Source: Mobula hypostoma | Lineage: Eukaryota | NCBI RefSeq assembly: GCF_963921235.1 | Contig: NC_086097.1 | Coordinates: forward strand, 16,802,001-16,866,000 | Reading direction: 5' to 3' | Length of the DNA: 64,000 nt | Shown: positions 11,685 through 24,071 of the stretch, in pieces | How the letters are laid out: each line of letters begins with the position of its first letter | Position numbering within the stretch: the stretch's first letter is position 1 | Notes under the pieces: generated by a model | The model's input: only the letters and a program-made list of their open reading frames with translations | Told to the model about the DNA's origin: nothing | The model's database searches: none | Position numbers and translations under genes: made by a program

Positions 11685-14350
11685 TCAAAGTTCAAAATAA
11701 ACTTTATTATCAAAGTACATATATATCACCATATACAACCCTGAGATTCATTTTCTTGTCAGCATACTCAACAAATTTATAGAATAATAACTATAACAGA
11801 ATCTATGAAAGACTGCCCAATTAGGGTGTTCAATCACAATGCAGAAAACAATAAACTATGCAAATACAAAGAGAAAAAACAATAATAAAAAAAACAATGA
11901 CTATCAAGGTCATGATACGAAAATTCCTTGAAAGTGAGTTAATTAGTTGTGGGGACATTTCAATGATGGGGAAAGTGAAGCTGAGTGAAGTTATCCCTTT
12001 TGGTTTGAGAGCCTGATGGTTGAGAGGTACCAACTGATCCTGAACTTGGTGGTGTGAGTCCTGAGGCTTCCCGTACCTTCTTCCTGATGGCAGCAGCAAG
12101 AAGAGAGCATGTCCTCGGTGGTGTGGGTCCCTGTGACAGTGCTTCATATAGAAACATAGAAACATAGAAACATAGAAAATAGGTGCAGGAGTAGGCCATT
12201 CGGCCCTTCGAGCCTGCACCGCCATTTATTATGATCATGGCTGATCATCCAACTCAGAACCCAGCCTTCCCTCCATACCCCCTGACCCCTGTAGCCACAA
12301 GGGCCATATCTAACTTCCTTTTAAACATAGCTAATGAACTGGCCTCAACAGTTTGCTGTGGCAGAGAATTCCACAGATTCACCACTCTCTGTGTGAAGAA
12401 GTTTTTCCTAACCTCGGTCCTAAAAGGCTTCCCCTCTATCCTCAAACTGTGACCCCTCGTTCTAGACCTCCCCAACATCGGGAACAATCTTCCCGCATCT
12501 AGCCTGTCCAATCCCTTTAGGATCTTATACGTTTCAATCAGATCCCCCCTCAATCTTCTAAATTCCAACGAGTACAAGCCCAGTTCATCCAGTCTTTCTT
12601 CATATGAAAGACCTGCCATCCCAGGAATCAATCTGGTGAACCTTCTTTGTACTCCCTCTATGGCAAAGATGTCTTTCCTCAGATTAGGGGACCAAAACTG
12701 CACACAATACTCCAGGTGTGGTCTCACCAAGGCCTTGTACAACTGCAGTAGTACCTCCCTGCTCCTGTACTCGAATCCTCTCGCTATAAATGCCAGCATA
12801 CCGTTCGCCTTTTTCACCGCCTGCTGTACCTGCATGCCCACTTTCAATGACTGGTGTATAATGACACCCAGGTCTCGTTGCACCTCCCCTTTTCCTAATC
12901 GGCCACCATTCAGATAATAATCTGTTTTCCTATTTTTGCCACCAAAGTGGATAACTTCACATTTATCCACATTAAATTGCATCTGCCATGAGTTTGCCCA
13001 CTCACCCAACCTATCCAAGTCACCCTGCATCCTCTTAGCATCCTCCTCACTGCTAACACTGCCACCCAGCTTCGTGTCATCCGCAAACTTGGAGATGCTG
13101 CATTTAATTCCCTCATCCAAGTCATTAATATATATTGTAAACAACTGGGGTCCCAGCACTGAGCCTTGCGGTACCCCACTAGTCACCGCCTGCCATTCTG
13201 AAAAGGTCCCGTTTATTCCCACTCTTTGCTTCCTGTCTGCTAACCAATTCTCCACCCACACCAATACCTTACCCCCAATACCGTGTGCTTTAAGTTTGCA
13301 CACTAATCTCCTATGTGGGACCTTGTCAAAAGCCTTTTGAAAATCCAAATATACCACATCCACTGGTTCTCCCCTATCCACTCTACTAGTTACATCCTCA
13401 AAAAATTCTATGAGATTCGTCAGACATGATTTTCCTTTCACAAATCCATGCTGACTTTGTCCGATCATTTCACCGCTTTCCAAATGTGCTGTTATCACAT
13501 CTTTGATAACTGACTCCAGCAGTTTCCCCACCACCGACGTTAGGCTAACCGGCCTATAATTCCCCGGTTTCTCTCTCCCTCCTTTTTTAAAAAGTGGGGT
13601 TACATTAGCCACCCTCCAATCCTCAGGAACTAGTCCAGAATCTAACGAGTTTTGAAAAATTATCACTAATGCATCCACTATTTCTTGGGCCACATATACA
13701 GTAGATGTGCTCAATGGAGGGGAGGGCTTTACCTATGATGGACCTGGGCTGTATCCGTTACTTTTTGTAAGATTTTCCATTCAAGGGCGTCGGTGTTTCT
13801 ATATCAGGCTGTAATGCAACCAGTCAATATACTCTCAACTACACATCTATGGAAGTTTGTCAAAGTTTTGGATGTCGTGCCAAATCTTCGCGAAATCCTG
13901 CTGTGCTTTCTTTATAATCGCACTTACAAGCTGGGCCCAGGACAGGCCTCTGAAATAACACAGAGGCATTCACAGTTGCTGTCCCTCTCTGTCTCCGATC
14001 CTCCAATGAGGACTGGCTCATTGAACTCTGGTATCCTCCTCCTGAAGTCTAAAATCACCTCTTTGCTCTTGCTGACAATGAGTGAGAGGTGGTTGTCGTG
14101 GCACTACTCGGCCACGTTTCCAATCTCCCTCCTAAATGCTGATTCATCAGCACCCTTAATTCAGCCTCTGACAGTGGTGCCATCAGCAAACATCAGCATT
14201 GGAGCTGCTGCTGACCACACAGTCACCAAGTGTAAAGTGAGCAGAGCAGAGCAGCGGGGTAAGCACACAACCTAGTGGTGCACCTGTGCTGAGCGAGATT
14301 GAGGAGAAGATGGTTTTGCTAATTCAAAATAACTGGGGTCTGCAAGTGAA
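11685..14350 (-). mobile_element. Rex1/Babar 3' portion interrupted by CR1 (12149-13690)
   Basis: HPGHALF..LPSGRRY-like motif, 3' UTR ending in ttgaactttga, FADGTTV motif near 14170-14190; host reads cagtgcttcat|gtagatgtgctc across the insertion. Confidence 0.85.
12149..13690 (-). mobile_element. Very young 5'-truncated CR1 LINE with a complete open RT domain
   Basis: ORF 12254-13690 without stops; (tagaaaca)n tail; almost identical to 9682-10797. Confidence 0.97.
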
Positions 14351-14351
14351 T

Positions 14352-14675
14352 CCAATTTTATCTTCTCTCTTCTCACATTGCTAGATGATACGACAGCCTG
14401 AACGCACATACCACCAGCTTCAAGGACAGCTTCTATCTTGCTCTCAAAAGACTATTGAATGGTTCCCTAGAACAACCCTTGACCTCATTATGAATTTGCA
14501 CCTTATTAGTTACCTGCACTGCACTTTCTCTGTTGAGGTTCCACTTTACGCTGCGTGTTATTCTATTTTCTAGATACCTCAACACACTGTGTAATGATTT
14601 GATCTGTATGCACAATATACAAGACAAGCTTTTCACTGCATGACAGTAAGAAACAAATTCCTGTTCCAATTCCAA
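14352..14675 (+). mobile_element. Old Rex1/Babar fragment, right part with 3' UTR
   Basis: accaccagcttcaaggacagcttctat (TTSFKDSFY) and a 3' UTR homologous to 58013-58300 on the minus strand. Confidence 0.75.
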
Positions 14676-15473
14676 TATTGTGAAAATATCAGATATTAGT
14701 GATACTGTTGACAACACTTCCTCGCAAATCTTTCTTCCCATGTTTAATAGCTGCATTCTTCAAAGGAATTGAATAAGAACTGCAAGATGGTGCTGCAATC
14801 TACTGATGGCCAGATCAGAGGCATTTTAGTCTGGTGACCAAGAGTTTTCAGTACCATCTTCAGAAAGCCGTCTCACAGGAGAGGTGGCCGTTCTGGACTA
14901 AACCTGAATCAGTGAAGGATGCAATACAATTGTGGCAGGGTTTAAATACTAACACCTCTTATAAAGTTAAATCAAGTGACATAGGCAACTATAGGCTTCA
15001 CTTAATGAGCACAATACATTCTATACTTGTTGACCATAAATTCATTGTGGAATCATTACAAACCCCCACAGCCCACGAAACGTATCCAGCCCAGACAGGT
15101 GCGGCACTGGGCTGTGTGCTTAGCCCCCTGCTCTACACACTTTATATGTATGACTGTGTGGCTAAACACAGCTCCAATGTCATATTCAGGTATGCTGATG
15201 ACACCACTGTTGTAGGCTAAATCAAAGGTAATGATAAATCAGCATATAGGAGGGAGATTGAAAATCTGGCTGAGTGGTGCCATAACAACAACCTCTTACT
15301 CAATGTTAGCAAGACCAAGCAGTAGGTTATTGACTCCAGGAGAAGGAAACTAGAGGTCCATGAGCCAATCCTCGTTGGAGGGTCAGAAGTGGAGAGGGTC
15401 AAAAACTTTAAATTCCTTGGTGTTATTATTTCAGATCATCTGTCCAAGGCCCAGCACATAAGTGCAATTATGA

Positions 15474-18400
15474 GTTGGCTGACTGTTAGTCAGGAGAAGG
15501 AATGAGAAGGTGAGTAGGCAGTTAGAGCAGAGCACCCCTCTGGCCGTTCCCCTCAATAATAGGTATACCATTTCAGATACTGCTGTTGGGGGATGACCTC
15601 CCAGGGGAATGTCTTGGAGATCAGGCTACTGGCACTGAGCGTGGGTCTGTGGTGCAGAAAGGAAAGTGGGAGAAGTGTGGAGCAGTAACGATAGGGGACT
15701 CAATAGTCAGGGGAACAGAAAGGAGGTTCTGTGGACATGAACAGGACACCGGATGGTATGCTGCCTCTCAGGTGCCGGGATCAGGGATGTCTTGGACTGC
15801 ATTTTGGAGGAGGAGGGAGAACAGTGAGATGTCTTGGTACACATTGGTGCCAATGACATAGGAAGGAAAAGCCAAAAAGTCCTGAAGAGAGAATTTCGGG
15901 AGCTCAGCAGAAAGCTGAGAAGCAGTACCTCCAGGGTGGTAATTTCTAGATTGCTACCTGTGTCGTGCACCAGTGAGGTTAGAAACAGGATGATTTGGCA
16001 GATAAATCCACGGCTGAGAAGCTGGTGCAGGGGACAAGGGTTCAGGTTCTTGGATCATTGGGAGCTCTTCTGGGGGACGAATGACCTGTACAAAAGAGAC
16101 GGGTTGTACCTAAACCCAAGGGCACCAATATTCTCGCGGGCATGTTTGTTAGAGCTTTTGGGGAGGGTTTAAGCTAATTTGGCAAGGGGATAGGACCTGA
16201 GTGAAAGGACTCAGGATAGGACGGATGGTTAAAAAGCAAAGATCGCATGTAGTCAGACTGTCAGGAAGAGCAAGCAGATGATGGGACAATATTACAGCCA
16301 GTTGGGTAAGTAACAGTGCATTAGGGATGTAGAATCAAAAGGGGTAGCAAATACAGTTCTCGAAGTGTTATATCTCAATGCACGGAGTACAAGATATAAA
16401 GTGGATGATCATGTTGCACTTTTACAGATTGTCAGGTATGATGTTGTGGCAGTCACTGAATCGTGGTTAAAGGATGGTTGTAGTTGAGAGATTAATGTCC
16501 AAGTTTAGACATTGTATTGCAGGGATAGGAAGACAGGCAGAGGGTATGGTGTGGTTCTGCTGGTAAAGAATGGCATCATAGGATTGGAAGATGTTGAATA
16601 CTTGTGGGTTGAGTTAAAAAAGTGCAAAGGTAAAGGAACCCTGATGGCAGTTATATACAGGCCACCAAATGGTAGCTGCGATGTGGACCACAGATTACAA
16701 CGGGAAATAGAAAAGGCATGTCAAAAGGGCAATGTTATGATGGTCATGGGAGATTTTAACATGCAGGTAGATTGGGAAAATCAGGTTGGTAATGGATCTC
16801 AAGAGAGTGAATTTGTTGAATGCCTATGAGATGGCTTTTTAGAGCACTTGTCATTGAACCTACTGGGGGGATCAGCTCTATTGGATTGGGTGCTATGTAG
16901 TGAACCGGAGGCGATTAGGCAGCTTGAGAGAAAGGAGGCAGTGATCACAATATGTTTGAGTTCAACTTGAAATTTGATAGGCGGAAAGTAAATTGGAGAT
17001 GCTGGCGGGGATGACAGCGGAGCAGCAATGGTGTGATTTTCTGGGAAAATGAGGAAGGTACAGGATAGATGTATTTTAAAAACAAAGAAATACTCAAATA
17101 GCAAAATAGTATAATCATGGCTGAGAAAGGGAAATTAAAGCTAATGTCAAAGCAAAAGAGAGGGAATACAACAAAAGCAAAATTAGTGGGAAGATAGAGG
17201 ACTGGGAAGCCTTTAAAAACCTTAAGAAAGCAACTAAAAGGAGGGAAAAGATAAAACATAGAAACATAGAAAACCTACAGCACAATACAGGCCTTTCGGC
17301 CCACAAAGCTGTGCTGAACATGTCCTTACCTTAGAACTACCTAGGCTTACCCATAGCCCTCTATTTTTCTAAGCTCCACGTATCCAGCCAGGAGTCTTTT
17401 AAAAGTCCCTATTGTTTCCGCCTCCACCACCGTCACCGGCAGCCCATTCCATGCACTCACCACTCTCTGTGTAAAAAACTTACCCCTGGCATCTCTTCTG
17501 TACCTACTTCCAAGTACCCTAAAACTATTCCCTCTTGTGCTAGCTATTTCAGCCCTGGGAAAAAGCCTCTGACTATCCACATGATCAATGCCTCTCATCA
17601 TCTTGTACACCTCTATCAGGTCACCTCTCATTCTCCATCGCTCCAAGGAGAAAAGGCCGAGTTCACTCAACCTATTCTCATAAAGCATGCTCCCCAATCC
17701 AGGCAACATCCTTGTAAATCTCCTATGCACCCTTTCTATGATTTCCACATCCTTCCTGTAGTGAGGCGACCAGAACTGAGCACAGTACTCCAAGTGGGGT
17801 CTGACCAGGGTCCCATATAGCTGCAACATTACCTCTCAGCTCTTAAACTCAATCCCACGATTGATGAAGGCCAATGTACCATATGCCTTCTTAACCACAC
17901 AGTCAACCTGCTTAGCAGCTTTGAGTGTCCTATGGACTTGGACCCCAAGATCCCTCTTATCCTCCACACTGCCAAGAATCTTACCATTAATGCTATATTC
18001 TGCCATCATATTTGACCTACCAAAATGAACCACCTCACACTTATCTGGGTTGAACTCCATCTGCTGCTTCTCAGCCCAGTTTTGCATCCTATCAATGTCC
18101 CGCTGTAACATCTGACAGCCCTCCACACTATCCACAACACCTCCAACCTTTGTGCCATCAGCAAATTTACTAGCCCATCCCTCCACTCCTCATCTAGGTC
18201 ATTGATAAAAACCACAAAGAGTCAGGGGCCCCAGAACAGATCCCTGAGACACTCCACTGGTCACTGGCTTCCATGCAGAATATGACCTGTCTACAACCAC
18301 TCTTTGCCTTCTGTGGTCAAGCCAGTTCTAGACCCACAAAGCAATGCCCCCTTGGATCCCATGCCTCTTTACTTTCTCATTAAGCCTTGCATGGGGTACC

Positions 18401-20876
18401 TTATCAAATGCCTTGCTGAAATCCATTTACACTACATCTACTGCTCTACCTTCATGAATGTGTTTAGTCACATCCTCAAAAAATTCAGTCAGGCTCATAA
18501 GGCACGACTTGCCTTTGACAAAGCCATGCTGACTATTCCGAATCATATTATGCCTCTCCAAATGTGCATAAATCCTGCCTCTCAGGATCTTTTCCATCAA
18601 CCTACCAACCACTGAATTAAGACTCAATGGTCTATAATTTCCTGGGCTATCCCTATTCCCTTTCTTGAATAAGGGAACAACATCCACAAACCTCCAATCC
18701 TCTGGAACCTCTCCCGTCCTCATTGATGATGCAAGGATCATTCTCAGAGGCTCAGCAATCTCCCCCCTCGCTTCCCACAGTAGCCTATGGTACCTCCCGT
18801 CCAGTCCCGGAGACTTATCCAACTTGATGCTTTCAAAAAGCTCCAGCACATCCTCTTTCTTAATATCTACATGCTCAAGCTTTTCAGTTGCTGCAAGTCA
18901 TCAACAAGATCATTTTCCGCAGTGAACACTGAAGCAAAGTATTCATTAAGTACCTCTGCCATCTCCTCTGGTTCCATACACACTTTTCTACTGTCACACT
19001 TGATTGGTCCTATTCTCTCATGTCTTATCCTCTTGCTCGTCACATGTAGAAAATATGAAAGCAAGTTAGCAAGCAATATCAAGGTGGATAAGAAAAGGCT
19101 TTTATCAAGTATATAAAAAATAAAAGAGAGATCAGAGTGGATATGGGACCACTAGAACATGCGACTGGAGAAATAATAACAGGGGACAAGGAGATGGCAG
19201 ATGAACTAAATGAGTATTTTGCATCAGTCTTCACTATGGAAGACACTAGCAGTGTGTCTGATGTTGAAAGATGTGAGGGAACAGAAGTGAGGGAGTTACT
19301 ATTACAAAAGTGAAGGTACTCAAAAAGCTGAAAGATCGAAAGGTGCATAAGTCACCGGGATCAGATGAACTGCACCCCAGGATTCTGAGAGAAGTAATAG
19401 TAGAGATTGCGGAGGTACTAGTAATGATCTTTCAAGAATTATTGGACTCTGGCACGGTTCTGGAGGTCTGGAAAATTGCAAATGTTACTCCACTCTTTAA
19501 GAAAGGGGAGAGGCAGCACAAAGGAAATTATAGACCAGTTAGCCTGACCTCAGTTGTTGGGAAGATGTTGGAGTCAATTGTTGAGGATGAGGTTATGGAG
19601 TAGTTGGTGACATAGGACAAGATAGTCCGGATGGTTTCCTTAAGATAAGATCTCGCCTGACAAATCTCTTGGAATTCTTTGAGGAGATTATAAGTAGGAT
19701 AGATAAAAGGGGTGCAGTGAATATTGTATATCTGGATTTTCAGAAGGCCATTGACAAGGTGCCACACGTGAGGCTGCTTACCAAGTTAAGAGCCCATGGT
19801 ATTGCAGGAATGTAAATAACTTGGTTTGAGAAATGGTAGGAGGCAGTGACTGGGAATAAAATGATCCTTTTCTGGTTGGCTGCTAGTAACTAGTGGTGTT
19901 CTGCAGGGGTCAGTGTTGGGATCGTTTCTTTTTATGCTGTATATCAATGATTTAGATGATGGAATAGATGGCTTTGTTGCCAAGTTTGCAGATGATACAA
20001 AGATTGGCGGAGAGGCAAGTAGTGTTGAGGAAACAGGTAGGATGCAGAAGGATTTAGATTAGGAGAATGGGCAAGAAAGTGGCAAATGAAATATAATGTT
20101 GGAAGATGCATGGTCATGCACTTTGGTAGAAAAAATAAATATGCAAACTATTTTCTAAACGGTGAGAAAATCCACATGGACTTGGAACACAGTAAAGGTT
20201 AACTTGCAGGTTGAGACGTTGGTGAGGAACACAAATGCAATGTTAGCATTAACTTCAAGAGGTCTAGAATATAAGAACGGGGATGTGATGCTGAGTCTTC
20301 CTAAGGCACTGATGAGATCTCACCTAGAGTATTGTGAACAGTTTTGGGCTTCTTATCTAAGAAAAGATGAGCTGGCATTGGAGAGGGTTCAAAGGAGATT
20401 TACAAGGATGATTCGACAAATGAAAGGGTTATCATACGAGGAACGTTTGATGGCTCTGAGCCTATACTCATTAGAATTTAGAAGGACAAGGGGGGATCTC
20501 ATTCAAAGCTTTCGATTGCTGTAAGGCTTAGACAGAGTGGATGTGGTAAGGATGTTTCCCATGATGGGGGAGACTCTAACAAGAGGGCATAGCCTCGGGA
20601 TGGAGGTCTGTCTATATAAAACAGAGCTGCGGAAAAATTTCTTTCGCCAGAAGGTGGTGAATTTGTGGAATTTGTATCAGCAGCAGCTGTGGAGACCAGC
20701 TCCAGAGTATTTAAGGCCGAGAATGATAGGTTCTTGATTGGCTATGACATCAATGGTTAGGGAGAGAAGACTGGGGAGTGAGGCTGAGGAAGGGGTAAAA
20801 TGGATCAGCCATGATTGAATGGCGGAGCAGACTCGATGGGCCAAATGGCCCAATTCAGCTCCTATGCCTTACGGTC
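15474..20876 (+). mobile_element. Near full-length decayed CR1 (ORF1 SGNH esterase-like; ORF2 APE plus RT)
   Basis: GDSIVRG, VHIGANDIG, DHW..LYKRDGLYLN; YRPPN, MGDFN; NYRPVSLTS, FADDTK; ttatga duplicated at 15468-15473 and 20877-20882; multiple stops. Confidence 0.93.
17254..19047 (-). mobile_element. 5'-truncated CR1 nested antisense within CR1
   Basis: ORF pieces 18427-18849, 17836-18186 and 17347-17829; aaacatagaaacatag tail. Confidence 0.95.
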
Positions 20877-21395
20877 TTATGAAGAAAGCACGGTGGCACC
20901 TCTGCTTTCTTAGGAGTTTGTGAAAATTTGGCATGACATCTGCAACTTTGACAGACTTCTATAGACGTGTAGTGGAGAGTATATCGACTGGCTGCATCAC
21001 AGTCTGGTATGGAAACACCAGTCCCCTTGAATGGAATGTCTTATAAAAAGCAATGGATATGGCCCACTGCATCACGAGTAAACCCCGTCCACCATTGAGC
21101 ACATCTACATGAAATGCTGTTGCAAGAAAGCACCATCAATGATCAGAAACCCCCATCAACCAGAACATGTTCTCTTTTCACTGTTGTCATCAGGAAGAAG
21201 TAACAGGAACCTTACAACTCACATCACCACATTCAGGAAAAATTATTACCCCTCAAGCTGCAGGCTCTGGAACCAAAAAGGATAATTTCACTTCACATGC
21301 CCTATCATTCAAATGTTTCCACAATCTGTGGATTCACTTTCAAGAACTCTTCACCTGATAGTCTCGATACTTATTGCTATTTATTATTATTATTA

Positions 21396-22499
21396 TTTTT
21401 GATTTTTTTTCAGCTCAAGCTGGCAAAACCTGAGGTATAGGCACAACCAAGCACACTCTCTTGTCCATTGCTAGGAACTTTCAGATGATTCTAGTTGTGT
21501 TCAGTATTGTGGCTTCCTGAACATTTACATCGATATTGCTGTGTAGCCCTAATTGTATAGTGATTTTGGAATGATACTAGCTGTAGATGTTACTGTTAGA
21601 ACAATGTATATGCTGTTCATCTTCCTTAATCTTTCAATCTCCTTTTAAATCAGTATATTTCTGGTGTTTTTCACTTATTGATGTTATATGTGTTTGGAAT
21701 GGCTAGATCTATTAAATAAGTCGTTCTTGCTGATTTTTCTTGTATTGTATCTGGATGGTTATTATGGATTGTCCTATCTGTAATAATGGATTGGTTGTAA
21801 TATAATTTGTGGGACTCTGACTCTAAAATTGAATCAGGCTTGTATTTATAGTAAGTTATAGTATCTTTTATGTGTTTGTATTTTAAAGCAAAATTTTGGT
21901 GAATGATTTTTGCTAATTGATTGAGATTGTGTAAGTAATCAGATTGAGTTGAACTTCTGCAGGATCCTGTAATGTGTTGGATTGTTTCTGGTTTCTCTTG
22001 GCATTTTCTACATTTATCATCTTGAATTTGTTGGTCTTTTATTATGTATTTTTGATATTTTTTTTCCGATAACCACATGGTCCTGTATTGCTACAAGGAA
22101 CCCTTCTGTTTCTGTGAAGAGGTCTCCAACTCTGAGCCAATGCTTCCTTGTCAACATCTAGCCCGCTCAGATCGTGGGGATGTTTTCTGTGGAGGGACAT
22201 GCTCTTCTGTTGGCTCACTTTTTATTCAATAGTGATAATTTCTTCATTTTTCTGAAGAAATTATGCTCACAGTTATGTTTGTTAGTGTGCACTTCTTATC
22301 AGAATTGCTCACCTGGAGTACTGAATCCTGTTTTCATTGATGAAAATATATCCTTAGAAGTTTTACCTGACCGTTATGTAAATTTTTAATGTCTGTTATT
22401 CCACTTCCTCCATCTAAGCAGTGTTTGAGTGTACATAATGTTTTCTGAAATTTGTCATTTCAGTTCTTATTTTTCTTTGGATGTTTTCCAGATATTACA

Positions 22500-22500
<1 letters not shown>
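21396..22500 (-). mobile_element. Dong/R4-clade non-LTR retrotransposon 3' fragment (zinc knuckle plus restriction-like endonuclease)
   Basis: ETEGFLVAIQDHV, CRKC...ETIQHITGSC, TDRTIHNNHPD, YLIDLAIP; flanked by (TAA)n on both sides. Confidence 0.88.

Positions 22501-22536
<36 letters not shown>
22501..22536. repeat. (TTA)12 microsatellite
   Basis: Read directly. Confidence 0.98.
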
Positions 22537-22537
<1 letters not shown>

Positions 22538-22575
22538 CATTTCTTTCTTCTTGTATTTGCACCACTTGTTGTCTT

Positions 22576-23285
22576 CTGGTTTAAGATGGCGCTACTTGTT
22601 GTTTTAAGCGACTGCTCGCTGATGGTCAATGAAACAGAAAGCAACTAAATACTTTGTTATGCACACTTTTTCTGGTAAATGATCACTGCAAACAGTGGCC
22701 TGTGGTTCCCCTGTCAGAGTTGAGCCAAATTGCCTGTACAATCTGGCATTTTTGCGATGTGGCTGGGCCAGGACAGTTGATGCATGTCCAGACTGGAGCT
22801 GCTGGAGCTGTGTTGGAGGCAATTTGATGTGGCGGAGCCAAGGTGAGGGAAGATCCGAGGTTTGATTTAAAAACTGAGCCAAATGGGGAAGGTCGGGTAC
22901 TGACCGAATTGAGGCAGCGGAGCCCAAGCCCAAGGGCGAGGAATGACTCAAGTGCTGGCCCAGATTGAAATGGTTGGTGTGTCGTGGTTGGAGGCGAGAG
23001 ATCGGCCAGTTTGGCTCACTGCTCTGTGGGGTTTGCTCATTTCCGAGCTGGACTGAAGCTGTGGCCTGCAACTGGTGGACTTCTGGATTGGCTGCAGTTA
23101 TGTCTGGCGTTCTGAATGCTGTTTGCTTGCATGATTTGTTTTTTGTTCTCTCTCTGCACACTGGGTGTTCACTGTCTTCTTTTGTTTTTAATGAATCTTT
23201 TGGGTTTCTTTGTTTCAAGGCTGCTTGTGAGGAGACAAATTTCAAAGTTGTATAAAGTATAATAAATGTACTTCGAACTTTGAAA
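22576..23285 (+). mobile_element. ~710-bp non-coding retroposon with AAGATGGCG head and Rex1-type tail
   Basis: Interrupts host ttgttgtctt|ttgcacactgg; ends in aataaatgtacttcgaactttgaa; no RT similarity seen. Confidence 0.7.
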
Positions 23286-23547
23286 TTTTGCACACTGGTT
23301 GAATGCCCAAGTTGGTGAGGTCTCTCATTGATTCTGTTATGGTTATTATTCTATTATAGATTTATTGAGTATGCCCTCAAAATGAATCTCTGTGTTGTTT
23401 ATGGTGACACATATTAACTTTGATAATAAATTTACTTTGAATTTTGAATCCTAGATGGTGGTATGAATAGTTTACTTTATTACTTTATTGTCACCAAACA
23501 ACTGATACTAGAGCATACAATACTGAGTCCATGGTGGCCATCGGCAC

Positions 23548-23765
23548 ACATTTACACTAATCCTACACTGGTATCATTTTATTGTAGCCACATTCTCTTG
23601 AAGTACCCTTGGATTCTGCCTCTCACTCACGCTGGGAGCTGTGATCAGCTAACCTGCCATCCTGCACATCTTTGGGATGTGGAATGAATCCAGAGCATGC
23701 AGGGGAAATCTACACAGCTGGAAGAAGAACATGCGAACTCTGCACAGCTAGCATGAGAGGTGCAG
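23548..23765 (-). mobile_element. Old SINE fragment with V-SINE-like core
   Basis: catttacactaatccta...cacatctttgggatgtgg...gaacatgcgaactctgcacag. Confidence 0.55.
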
Positions 23766-24038
23766 ACAGAAAAAGTGTTGCTGGGTGTTACGTTACACCA
23801 AAAAGTTCTTGAATTCTGCTCAGATAGGCAGAGAGACACAAACACCAATTATCTACCTAATAGGCTAGAACGGAACAAGCATTAAAATACTTACTAGGTA
23901 TGCACGGGCCCCTCTCTCTGCAGCACACTTCCTGATGGGCTGATCTACGGCGCATTCGCAACCTGCGAGACCTTGAAGCTCTATTACACCCTTTCCACTG
24001 CTATGAAATACTGCAATGTGGACTAATACATTAGCATC

Positions 24039-24071
<33 letters not shown>

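Larger units (their letters stand above)
14915..23448 (+). mobile_element. Rex1/Babar host element in pieces (14915-15473, 20877-21395, 22501-22575, 23286-23448)
   Basis: TGAALGCVLSPLLYTLY..YADDTTVVG, then KKAR..LRSL..VESI.TGCITVWYG, then 3' UTR; sequence is contiguous once the inserts are removed. Confidence 0.85.
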
